This document shows positions 1-11,122 of a stretch of DNA of 64,000 nt, piece after piece. Every line of letters starts with the position of its first letter. Positions within the stretch are counted from its first letter, which is position 1. Origin of the DNA: Octopus bimaculoides (Eukaryota); contig NC_068992.1 in the NCBI RefSeq assembly GCF_001194135.2, forward strand, positions 2,873,312 to 2,937,311. Reading direction: 5' to 3'. A program made the translations under genes and the position numbers. The notes below the pieces were generated by a model. The model was not told where the DNA came from, did not search any database, and saw nothing but the letters and a program-made list of their open reading frames with translations.

Positions 1-120
1 ACTCCTGAATCTATATTTGAAAAATAGTTTCTGGAACAACAACTTTTCACTAACCCAAGACATTAAGGTTAGTTTGTATTGAATTCTTAGACGTCTGTAA
101 GTTCCCTTTTAACAGAACAT

Positions 121-214
121 TATTATTTACATTATTTACATTTGACGGATATTTGTCCTCATCTTGTTGTTCGTTAACAGAACGTTTTGGCTGATGTATT
201 CTCCAGCCTTCATC
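121..214 (-). mobile_element. Inverted 3' part of the hammerhead-bearing SINE (ribozyme stem II, ACGT, tail)
   Basis: Reverse complement reads GATGA-A-GGCTG-gagaatacat-CAGCC-AAAACGTT-ctgttaacgaacaacaagatgaggacaaatatccgtcaaatgtaaataatg, matching 7416-7509. Confidence 0.85.
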
Positions 215-215
215 C

Positions 216-394
216 AACCCCAAGATTCCGAGTTTGATTCCAGGCAGTGACCTGATTAATGGTAATGATAATAACATCAGAAAAATATCTCAGGAATGTG
301 GACCCAGGTTCAAAATTCCCTCAGGACAAATATTCATCAAATGTAAATAATGTAAACAATGTACATAATTCCTCATCTCTCAAATATAGAACTG
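216..394 (+). mobile_element. Partial copy of the hammerhead-bearing SINE with the ribozyme segment deleted
   Basis: aaccccaagattccgagtttgattccaggcagtgacctga matches the tRNA-like head at 7280-7322. The sequence then jumps from aaattccc to aggacaaat and ends in the tail ...aaatatagaactg. Confidence 0.8.
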
Positions 395-453
395 CAGAAC
401 ATTATTATGTCTTTCTGAAGATTTTTTTAATAATTTATCTCTATAATTATTGG

Positions 454-640
454 TTTCCAATTTTGGGCACAAGGCTAGCAAGTTTAGAGAAGGGGCTAAG
501 TCAATAACATTGACCCCAGCGCACAACTGGTACTGATTTTATTGACCTCTGAAAGGGATGAAAGGCAAAGTCAACCATTGCAGAATTTGAACTCAGAACA
601 TAAAGACAGACGAAATTCTGCTAAGCATTTTACCTGAGCG
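454..640 (-). mobile_element. tRNA-derived SINE, local family F
   Basis: Shares tttcaaattttggcacaagg...gatgaaaggcaaagtc...gaatttgaactcagaa with copies at 2973, 13362, 27612 and 38535. Confidence 0.8.
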
Positions 641-1232
641 TACATGGTGGTGCTCCAGCATAGCCACAGCTGCCTGGCTGAAACGAGTAAAAGCTTACCA
701 CCTGAGTTATGTCTATAATTATTGAGCTTCATACGATTGAAGTAAAACCTATTTTCGCTCATAATAGTTTTACTTGTATGAAATACAGTTATACTTTGCA
801 ACCATTTCCACTGAGAAAAATCTTCAAAATTTCTGTTTTGTTCTGTGATTCCAGTGAAAGTCTCCAAACTTGTTGCATTTCAGATATTTCTTCATTTTAA
901 ATGCTCAGTATTTACAGACTCTATTGTTTGCTGTAGCTTGTTCTCCAAAGTCGAATGGCAACTATTCATGTTGATTTTTCCAATTATTACAATCCAATAC
1001 CGATATAGCCGACCTCCTCTTTTCAGGTTTTCACTTCTGTCTGCTGGTTCTAAAATTACATGATGTAAAGAGCTCAAACAGAGGTCAATGCATTTGATGT
1101 CAATTGGGTAATCTTCAAAACTTCATTGTCCAAATTTCCTATTTCCTCAGAACAATTGTTCTGAGTGATATTAAATACAGAATACACAGCAGTAGTAGCC
1201 GTTGGTTTTGTACAGTGGCTATCAACTGGGGT

Positions 1233-1568
1233 GAAGATGCATGGCTCAGTGGTTAGACCGTCGGGCTCACAATCATGAGGTAGTGAGTTTGATTCCTGGA
1301 CTGGACTATGTTGTGTTCTTGAGCAAGACACTTTATTTCATGTTGCTCCAGTTCACTCAGCTGTAGAAATGAGTTGTGACGTCACAGGTGCCAAGCTGTA
1401 TCATCCTTTGCCTTTCTCTTGAATGACACTGGTGGTGTGGCGAGGGGAAACTGGTATGCTTGGGTGACTGCTGGTCTTCCATAAACAACCTTGCCCTGAC
1501 TTGTGCCTCGGAGGCGAACTTTCTAAGTACAATCCCATGGTCAGTCATGACCAAAGGATGTCCTTCTC
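1233..1568 (+). mobile_element. tRNA-headed SINE with CORE-like middle, TSD-flanked
   Basis: A-box-like tggctcagtggttag and B-box-like gtttgattcc. TSD tatcaactggggt (1220-1232) / tattaactggggt (1569-1581). Confidence 0.8.
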
Positions 1569-1702
1569 TATTAACTGGGGTCCATAGAAGATTTTGATGT
1601 TAACCTTTATCTGCAATAAATTGGTTAAACTTTAACAATACACAAAATATTTTAATTCTTTATACAATTTTTAATAATATTTAATTATCTATAATAATAA
1701 AT

Positions 1703-1960
1703 GGCAAGTTTGTGTGTTTGTGAATTTGTTACTTTAACTCCGCTGAGATTATCCAACAGACCTTGATGAAACTTGACACGTGCATGGGACTTATGCCTAT
1801 ACGGTCACTTATACTCTTGGAATTTTTAAAAAATCGATTTTTAATCAGCATCGATTTTTCAAAAATTGTAAAATTTCGGCATTTTTCGCCGTAGCCATCA
1901 TGACATCAATTTGAGGAAAAACGCCGCATGGCATTTGCTTAGACATGTCTTCTCTTACAT
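1703..1960. mobile_element. Possible Helentron/DINE-like non-autonomous fragment
   Basis: CpG-richer island with ttgatgaaacttgacac and aatcgattttt motifs, ending at a long (CA)n. Resemblance is from memory only. Confidence 0.35.
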
Positions 1961-1972
1961 ACAGACTTTTGA

Positions 1973-2091
<119 letters not shown>

Positions 2092-2972
2092 CAGTATAAG
2101 TAGAAGAATAAATTTAACAAACAGTTGATAAAAAGGATAAAGAAGCAGTAGGTCTGCATAGCCATATACACCATACAGAGATTGTGACAGAGTTAACATC
2201 AGTGTTAGATGACCTTATATTACTAGGCTTGGTATCAAGCAACACACACACACACACACACACATAACTATGGTGATTTTTTAACGGTTTGGCAAGGAAG
2301 AATTCTTAGAGAAGAGTAAATTATTGTTACTTTTGATATTAGAAGAAACTTTATGACCTGATGGCTAAATTAAAATTTTGGAATAATATGTAGGTGCTTC
2401 CAAATTCTTTCTAAGCACGAAGGAGAATCGTCTTAGTATTGATTGACCTCCATCCCATCCTGGATTTTTGCTGGTTTGTCCACAGAGTAACCCATCATAA
2501 ATGATGAAGTTTCTACAGGAAGAAAGGTGGCATACTGTAGAACATGTACTTCAGAGTATCATGGGACACGTAAATAATTCTTGTCATCCTGCTGCGTCTT
2601 TGAAGCAACTTCACTTGTCATGTTTGCTTTGCTAATGGCTTAGGGGTGAAGCTGGCTAGCCCTCTCTCATTACGGTTTTAGTTCAGTACAGGTTAGGACT
2701 TAAACTTCCTTGAATGACAATTAGACAGCAGACCTTTCATTGCAGCAGTTGGGATGAAACTATAGAAGTTTTCAGAAACATAGAGGAACAGTTGCCCCTC
2801 TCCAGACATCTACATGGTCATTGTTGTGGTGTATGACTTTCTTCAATGGAAATTTGTTATTTGTTTTTTAACAGCTTGTGCAAATATCACATATATTGTT
2901 CTGCAATGTCCTGTCTTCAATATTTTTGAAATTAACTGCAAAGTTTTCTCAAAACCACTGAGCAAATATTAG

Positions 2973-3187
2973 TTTCAAATTTTGGCACAAGGTGAGCAAT
3001 TGCAAGGGATGAGACAGTCACTGACATCAACCCCCGTGATTAACTGGTACTAATTTTTATTGACCCTGAAAGAACAAAAGGCAAAGTCAACCTCAGCGGG
3101 ATTTGAACCCTGAATGTAAAGACAGACAAAATGCTGCTAAACATTTTCCTCAGCATGGCTAATGATTCTGCCAGCTTGCAGCCTTCC
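2973..3187 (-). mobile_element. SINE family F
   Basis: Full family-F body from tttcaaattttggcac to gattctgccagcttgc. Confidence 0.85.
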
Positions 3188-3769
3188 ACTGAGGTATTAT
3201 TTAAACGATTGAACTTAATCTGCTTTTCTACAAATGTGTTTTCATGTTTAACCATAATTGATCTCAGAACAAATGTACTTTAGCTGTGATTATCCTGTCT
3301 TTTTGTAAACTAGGAACTCTATTGTCCAAGATAACCTTTAAGATAGTAGGATGAACGTCTGAAAAACTTTCATTGCTTTGTTTTGCAGGCTACCACAAAG
3401 ACTGTTTTTGATTAGCTGTGTGTATGTTTTTGTGTTTGTGTGTGTGTGTGTGTGAGGTAACATTTAGCACTGAGTTTGTTAAACCTGACAGATTTCTGGT
3501 ACATGATGCTTCTACAATAAACAATCATAAAACGGTGGTATTGCTGGATTCAGCTTTGTGAATTTGGTGAATAATAAATAAGCTGGCGCCAGCTAGGAGG
3601 ACATCAGTGCAGCATTGTCCATATTCCATAAATATCTATTGTCAGCTTACTATTAATACTGCTACAACTACTAGAAATATGGTTGATCGGTTGGTTTGTA
3701 GACTTGTCCTTCTCTTTATACAAACATGTAACAAATACTGCGGATGTGAACTTGTCCTTATTTACTTGA

Positions 3770-3811
<42 letters not shown>

Positions 3812-4122
3812 TTAAACATATTACTCTGGAAGTAGCAAGAAGGATTAACGCTCATGTATGTATATATGTATGTATGTATTTATGCATACATACATAGATG
3901 CATACATACAAATGTGGAAATATCTACATGTATGCACATATACACATTTGTACATACATGTACATACATTCATACATCTGAACTGAATTATTGTGCATCT
4001 ACATGTGTATATAATTGTATGTATAAACGTCAGAATATGTATGTATATATGTGTGTGTGTGTGTGTAATACTATTTGCATTCATTTCTTAATTGAAGACC
4101 ATTCTTATCTTCTTCAAAGACT

Positions 4123-4152
4123 GACCTCTCTCTCTCCTCTCCTCTCTCTCTC

Positions 4153-4210
<58 letters not shown>

Positions 4211-4401
4211 TCTCTGTCTACTATTGATCAACGCCTAACTTTTCTTGATTCTCTGTTGGTGTAATTAATTTTTCCAAAATTTTTCATTCAAATGATGGCA
4301 GTTGCTTGTATGTCATGAAACCAATCTCGATATTTTGGAAATGAAATCTAGACGCTTTTTAACTTAGTATTCCACAATTATTCCTAATCAATATATGTTT
4401 G

Positions 4402-4463
<62 letters not shown>
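4123..4463. repeat. Two (CT)n microsatellites (about 4123-4216 and 4403-4463)
   Basis: Directly visible. Confidence 0.95.
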
Positions 4464-4465
<2 letters not shown>

Positions 4466-5676
4466 GTCCTTTTGTATCTGACATTCACAATGTCTTACTG
4501 CTCTTCAATTTCTTTACCTCGCATCTAATGTTTCTAAGTAAAATTGCTTCAGCTAAATTCACAGCACACTCGATCATAACAAATATTTTGCTTTCCACTC
4601 TTTGTTCCTCTGTTACTTTTCTTATATTTTGTCCATGAAGCTAGACAAGCTCAGAGAGGTACAATGTAGAAATAGAAAGAGAGAGAAGGAAAGAGAAGAG
4701 AAGAAATGCAATGTGAGATAAGTACAGTGACTGAAAGCAAAGGTTAATGAAATAAATCTTTGGTTTTCTATCTTCAGAAATCGTAAATTAATGAAATGAA
4801 TGCTTAAAGTTTTGACAGAAATATGTATTCAGCAGTTGTGTTTGTGATTGAGTGGTTTACAATAACAGAAGAGAGAATATTTGTGGTTGTTATTTACCTT
4901 AAGAAAGTCAACCCTTCTTGTAGAACAGTGAAACCATGAAAATCACTCAATGTACAGTCACAGTGTTGTTAATCTGGCTTTAGAGCTCAGAGTGTCATTT
5001 GGAATATTTATGTTTGAGAACTGTTTTGGGAATTGGTTAAATTAAATTTATGGTTCCATTTCACATGAGTCCAGTCAAGACTGCATCAGAAAAGCAAAGT
5101 TTCTATTCTGATCCACTGATAATAATTTTATCTTGGAACACCTCTGTCCCTCTCAGTTTGGTACTGGCACCAAATAGTAGTAGTCACAGCTGGGTGATTA
5201 TTATGCTTGCTTTGTAGTGAGATATGGATGCAGGCTTGATTCCTTTATGCAGCACTTTCAGCAAGTATCATCTATTATTGTTTGGGATTGACCAAAGCTT
5301 TGAGAATAAAAAAAATGGTGATTTTTGTGGAAGCCATCAGAAGAATTTGGTCTTATGTTTGGGTGGTAGACTTAATTTGTTGTTCTGGTTTCCTTTCGTG
5401 AAGAACACTCTTTTGTAACCAACCATTTAGGAAATGTAGTATCAATAAGTCTCATTCCTCCATCCTCTTGGAGGAAGTGTCCTTGCACTGAAACATCCCC
5501 GCACTGCAAAAAAATCTAAAGACACATCGACACATTCACATTATAGATCACATCTTTAGATAAGCTATTCACACTATGACCCCCACCCATTCTCACACCA
5601 TTTTTGTGGAAGGGAGAGGTGCTGTCTTCTAGAATGCATCATTGTAAAGGTGCAATGGGTGCCTAATTGCAGATAT

Positions 5677-6006
5677 GTTGTTGGCGCTCTGTCAGTTACA
5701 ACAACGAGGATTCCAGTTGATCCGATCAACGGAACAGCCTGCTCTTGAAATCAACGTGCAAGTGGCTGAGCACTCCACAGACACGTGTACCCTTAACGTA
5801 GTTCTCAAGGAGATTCAGTGTGACACAGAGTGTGACAAGGCTGGTCCCTTTGAATTACAGGTACAACTCATATTTGTCAGCTGAGTGGACTGGAGCAACA
5901 TGAAATAAAGTGTCTTGCTCAAGGACACAACATGTCACCAGGAATTGAACTCATGACCTTACAATCGTGAGTTGAATGCCCTAACCACTATGCCACACAC
6001 CTTCAC
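5677..6006 (-). mobile_element. Full-length tRNA-derived SINE (resembles octopus OR/OK-type SINEs)
   Basis: Minus-strand tRNA head at about 5930-6006. Tail shared with 23128-23503. Perfect 11-bp TSD attgcagatat (5666-5676, 6007-6017). Confidence 0.88.
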
Positions 6007-7234
6007 ATTGCAGATATAAGACTATTTCAACCTACATTAATTGTCACTTTTTTGTATGTTAAAAAGCAGTTCTGGACAGATGTGTTGCTTCATCAACAAT
6101 CTGCAACGACTAAAGCAAGTTGGAATTGTAAATATATGAAAATTGTGAAAACTGCATCTCAAATACTAGGCTTCCTGTGTAGGGAACAAACCATTTCACT
6201 TTGATAAGTGCCCATGTCTCTACAGAACTCCTGATTGCTGGCAAATCTTGGACAGAACTGCTGTGTTTAGCAGCAGTTCTGTCCGTGAATGTTCTAGATT
6301 GCGTAAAGAAATGCTACTCAGCAGATTTTCAAAGATTCATTCTCTAATCAGTACACAACAACCACTGACAAGATTATTGCCTTGGCAGTATAAAATGCCT
6401 CTGGTATTTAGTTATAATTCTTTGCATTCCTAGTTCTTCTAATTTCAGACCAAAATCTTTGTTTTTTCATCTTTCAAAGATGGCTAAAATAGATTTCAGT
6501 CAAATATTAGAATCAAATATAGAGAATCCTAGATGTGAATGAAATTATAAAACTAAGCTATAATGGATTCTGATCTTCTAAATTATCCAAACTCAAAACA
6601 CTTTTTAAACAAATACTCATTCTTCTTATATTGTCTTTCGCAACAAATTATTGATCAATCCTTCCTCCCCTAGCACTTTCAAGGCTCAATTTATAGACAT
6701 TTGAACTGAACATCAATTATTTCAGTCTCACTAGATTTCAAATAGGGCAGGAGGAGGAGTACTGATAATCTTTCAATTAAATAATAATAATTTTAAAAAA
6801 AATTAACTTTTGTTGTTTTACTCTCGCTTATTCTGTTCTGTGCCACCAAGATGGCAGGTCTCAACTCCAAGTAATAATCCTTTCTCCTATGACCCACAAG
6901 CCCTACTACAAGTGATAAGGCAAATCTTTCCACTTACCAGATAGGTTCAGTCCCACTGCGTGGAACCTTGGGCAAGTGTCTTCTACTATAGCTTTGGGCC
7001 GACCAAAGCCTCATGAGTGGAGTTGGTAGACAGAAACTGAAAGAAGCTCATCATGTGTGTGTGCATGTGTGCGTGCATGTGTGTATGTTTGTCCCTCAAC
7101 ATCACTTGACAACCGATGTTGGTATGTTTACATCCCTGTAACTTAACAGTTCAGCAAAAGAGAGCGATAGAATAAGTACTAGGCTTACAAAGAATAAGTC
7201 CTGGGGTCAATTTGCTCGATTAAAAAGGCAGTGC

Positions 7235-7317
7235 AGTTCTATATATGGGCATATGACATTGTGGTTAAGAGCGCAGGCTACTAACCCCAAGATTCCAAGT
7301 TCAATTCCAGGCAGTGA

Positions 7318-7361
<44 letters not shown>

Positions 7362-7509
7362 TCGAAAAATACCTTAGGAATGAGAACTCCGGTTTGAAAT
7401 TTCCCCATGACACCTGATGAAGGCTGGAGGGTATAACTGCCGAAACATTGTGTTAACAACAAACAAGATGAGGATAAATATCCATCTAATGTAAATAGTG
7501 TAAATAATG
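7235..7509 (+). mobile_element. tRNA-headed SINE carrying (AAT)n and a minimal hammerhead motif
   Basis: Perfect 14-bp TSD TAAAAAGGCAGTGC (7221-7234, 7510-7523). A-box-like tgtggttaagagcg, B-box-like gttcaattcc, and a repeated aatgtaaata tail. Confidence 0.9.
7408..7455 (+). ncRNA. Minimal type I hammerhead ribozyme-like motif (decayed)
   Basis: TGACAC-CTGATGA-A-GGCTG...CTGCC-GAAA-CATT-GTGTTA. Stem I is TGACAC/GTGTTA. The copy at 121-214 restores CAGCC and ACGT. Confidence 0.7.
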
Positions 7510-8660
7510 TAAAAAGGCAGTGCTCCAGCATGGCCGCAATCAAATGACTGAAACAAGTAGAAGAATAACAGAATGATTAATATTGTTCAAATAAGCATCA
7601 AAAAGACTTCATTCAGAAACTTTGGCAAATAGTTTTAGCTGATTCTTAGAACTGATTTTTCAAAACAGAAAATTAAAAGCTCCACTTCAATATTTATGTA
7701 TTGAATTGTTTGGGCTGTTTGGTTCATATTTTGACTGGACATTCATTCTCTTCTAACATAATTATAGAAAACAACAGTTAGATATGTAGATGCTTCTGGT
7801 CATCACACCATCATTGGTTCGATAATTGTTTGATATCTGTGGCAAATACTTGTATTGATGTGTTAACCTATTTCACACCCCATGTCAGTTAAATTATCAG
7901 TTAACTCTTGGGTGTCGCTGACTGAGTTGCTGAAGATAATGTAAAGAATAGAACTAACTATATTATCAGCTCTGACAACAGTTTTATAATCTCTATTCCA
8001 ACAGATAACAATTACTTAAGTTTGCACGAATAGCAATCTTCAACTGTTAACGTCCTTTCATATTGCTAAAGTTAGATCTGCTTCTATGAAAAATCTACGT
8101 TACTGGTACTTTGATATATCCGTATTAGGAAAAACATATATATGGTAGAATAGACCATTCTGTTAGAGGAAAGTTGTTATTCTTTTATTTACAGAACAAA
8201 CAGAACAGCAATTTTCATGACAAGAAAAATACATAACACTTCATTAACCACATTAATCTGGGAACTAAAAGTTAATATCTATCGTTCCATTTCCTGGTTT
8301 ATTATACAGAACTGCCTTTCCTTATGAGGGGGTCGCTTTGACTAATGTTCTGTGGAGGCACTTGAACTTCTAAGATACAAATCAATTCTAATTAATCTGT
8401 GTAATGAGCTGATAATAAGATGTAAACATTTAATCAACAGAAAATTCCTTAAATGCCATTTATCCAACCCATAAACTTTACTAACGTAGATGTGTGTCCA
8501 TCTCTTCTGTACCAAATGTATTTCTTTTACCTTTTGTATATAATGTTGAAATTCAACCTAAAAAGTCTTGGGATTGGCAACTTAACCTTGATTTACCTGT
8601 TTTTTCAACTACCTAAGATTTGTATACCAGCTAATGAATTTGACACTGTACATATATATA

Positions 8661-9139
8661 TCATCATCATCATCATCATCATCATCGTTTAACGTCCGCT
8701 TTCCATGCTAGCATGGGTTGGACGATTTGACTGAGGACTGGTGAAACCGGATGGCAACACCAGGCTCCAGTCTGATTTGGCAGAGTTTCTACAGCTGGAT
8801 GCCCTTCCTAACGCCAACCACTCAGAGAGTGTAGTGGGTGCTTTTACGTGTCACCCGCACGAAAACGGCCACGCTCGAAATGGTGTCTTTTATGTGCCAC
8901 CCGCACAAGCCAGTCCAGGGGCACTGGCAACGATCTCGCTCGAAAATCCTACAGGAGCCAGTCAGGCGGTACTGGCAACGGCCACGCTCAAAATGGTGCA
9001 TCTCATGTGCCACCCGCACAAGAACCAGTCCAGGGGCACTGGCAACGATCTTACTTGGCTTGCCGGGTCTTCTCACGCACAGCCCATTTCCAAAGGTCTC
9101 GGTCCGTAGTCATCGCCTCGGTGAGGCCCAATGTACGAA
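8661..9139 (-). mobile_element. Young RTE-clade LINE 3' end (ORF2 tip, 3'UTR, (GAT)n tail)
   Basis: Near-identical to 53575-53953 and 28209-28443. Its 9050-9139 part matches the sequence encoding ...TTDRDLWKWAVREKTRQAK* at 28751. Confidence 0.9.
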
Positions 9140-9173
9140 ATATATATATATATATGTGCGTGTGTGTATATAT

Positions 9174-9308
9174 TTTATTCTTTTATTTGTTTCAGTCATT
9201 TGACTGTGGCCATACTGGAGCACTGCCTTTTTTCGAACAAATCGATCCCATGACTTTTTCTTTGTAAGCCTAGTTCTTATTCTATCGGTCTCTTTTGCCA
9301 AACCTCTA
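9174..9308 (-). mobile_element. SINE family D, 3' fragment
   Basis: Reverse complement of the family-D tail. Confidence 0.85.
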
Positions 9309-9479
9309 AAAAGCACCCACTACACTCTCGGAGTGGTTGGCGTTAGGAAGGGCATCCAGCTGTAGAAATATTGCTAGATCAGATTGGAGCCTGGTGCAGC
9401 CTCCTGGCTCGCCAGTCTTCAGTCAAACTGTCCAACCCATGCTAGCATGGAAAACAAACGTTAAACGATGATGATGACG
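9309..9479 (+). mobile_element. RTE-tail repeat, older subfamily
   Basis: ggagtggttggcgttaggaagggcatccagctgtagaaa...cccatgctagcatgg...cgttaaacgatgatgatg. Confidence 0.88.
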
Positions 9480-9503
9480 TGTCTATATATTTATTGTTTA
9501 TAC

Positions 9504-9535
<32 letters not shown>

Positions 9536-10904
9536 GTGCATGTATGTATATATGAGTGTATAGGTATGTGTATGTATGTATGTATGCAGATGGTGATGAT
9601 GGTAAATACACTTAATGTTATAGAGTAACAACTATTACAAAAGGAAGTTATTTGAAGTATTTCAAAGCTAATTTACTTCTATTAAAAAAGATATATATAT
9701 ATATACAATGAGTTGGCTAATATGATACCCAGTGGAAAAATCAAAATATCAGAAACTTCTTTTTCCCATCTTCTTTCGTTGTTGCATTTTTTCCACTTTA
9801 GTTTTGTATCAGTTGATGACATTGGCTGCTAATTAAATGAAAACATATTCTAAAAAGAAACCATTGATATAACTCACACACGCAACAAACAGATACACTC
9901 ACAGACTTACTATCCATCTCCACACAATATTTTATTGAAATAGATACGGTGAATTCAGATTTCACTGTAGAACTTATCTTACCTGTATTTAATTTTACTC
10001 TAACACGAATCTCTGGGCACCTCTAGTATCTCATTCACTGACAGTTTTCTTGTAATTGTAGAAGGTTAAGACTTGAAGATATATGAGATTGATTAAGTTT
10101 AAACCTCTATAGTATTTAATGTGAAACTGACAGATAAGTTTAGAGAAGAACAAGTACATTTTTAAAGAAGAAGAAAAAATAAATGAGTAAATAAGTAAGC
10201 TTCAGGAATAATGAAAAATCTTGCCAGATCTGAAGAATTTGTTAGTCAAAACTTAACAGGATATTTCTGTGTACAGGGTAGAGCAAAAAACTTTTTTTTA
10301 TAATTTTGCAACATTGATTTATTAAAGAACAGTCACTGTATAAAAGATTAAGGTGCTTAGATATTAGATTAGCTGGTAAAGAGTTCAAACTCAGCATGTT
10401 ATCTAATGACTTGTAACAGATTTATATGTTTGCTCCATAGCAGAATGGTTAGTGGTAAACAGGCTGTAAAGTTTACAGTTTGCAAAGTAGATACATCACC
10501 ATCATGAAAAACATTCAAATTTGCTGGGGAAAAGCATATGTCATGTGGAGATAAAATCTGTGAGTGTAGGAAAAGGACTGCATACAATTTATTAATATTA
10601 AGTTTCATTCAATTTCCTAATATCAAATTTTATACAAATAACTCTTGTAGACCTTCATGCAATTCACTAATAGAGAATTCCATACAGTTCACTAATATAG
10701 AATTTTCTACATATCATTAACATTAAATTGTATGCATGCCATTAATATACACCAGTTTAAAAATTCAGAAACTAATGATGATGAAATAAACTTCTTGAAT
10801 ACATTGCCGTACATGTATCTAGTCTATCGTGGAATAAATTGTGATTAACTCTCCCACCCATGCCAGCATGGAAGACGGATGTTAAAAGATGATGATGATA
10901 ATGA

Positions 10905-11122
10905 CACCAACCCACCTCAGGCTGCCCCTTGCTCTGTGTTACAAACATCTCCTTTTCAAGAGTCCTGAATTAAAATCTTTCATCAGAATTTAGTGTTAAT
11001 TTATGATTCAAAGCACCAATCAACAATGGCAAAGTTATTTTACTTAATTCTTCTTTACTTTCAAAATAAATTGAAGTAAAGACAGAATATCTCAACAGGA
11101 ATATGGTGACAAAAGGATTAAA
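10905..11122. mobile_element. Diverged copy of the MITE at 20680-20903
   Basis: Shares accaaccc, gaattaaaatctt, aagttattttact and aattgaa blocks in the same order. Confidence 0.55.

Larger units (their letters stand above)
6944..7567 (+). mobile_element. Microsatellite-bearing SINE, local family D, interrupted by a nested insertion
   Basis: Family-D body (ggttcagtcccactgcg...gaaactgaaagaagc...ataagtactaggcttacaaagaataagtcctgggg) resumes after the insertion with tccagcatggccgca...gactgaaacaagt. Confidence 0.9.

Noticed and set aside
8741-9109. Recurrent ORF MKPDGNTRLQSDLAEF... (also at 28285, 28554, 41918, 53649)
   Set aside because: It is the antisense reading of the RTE 3'UTR. It recurs because the copies are young, and its length varies between copies.
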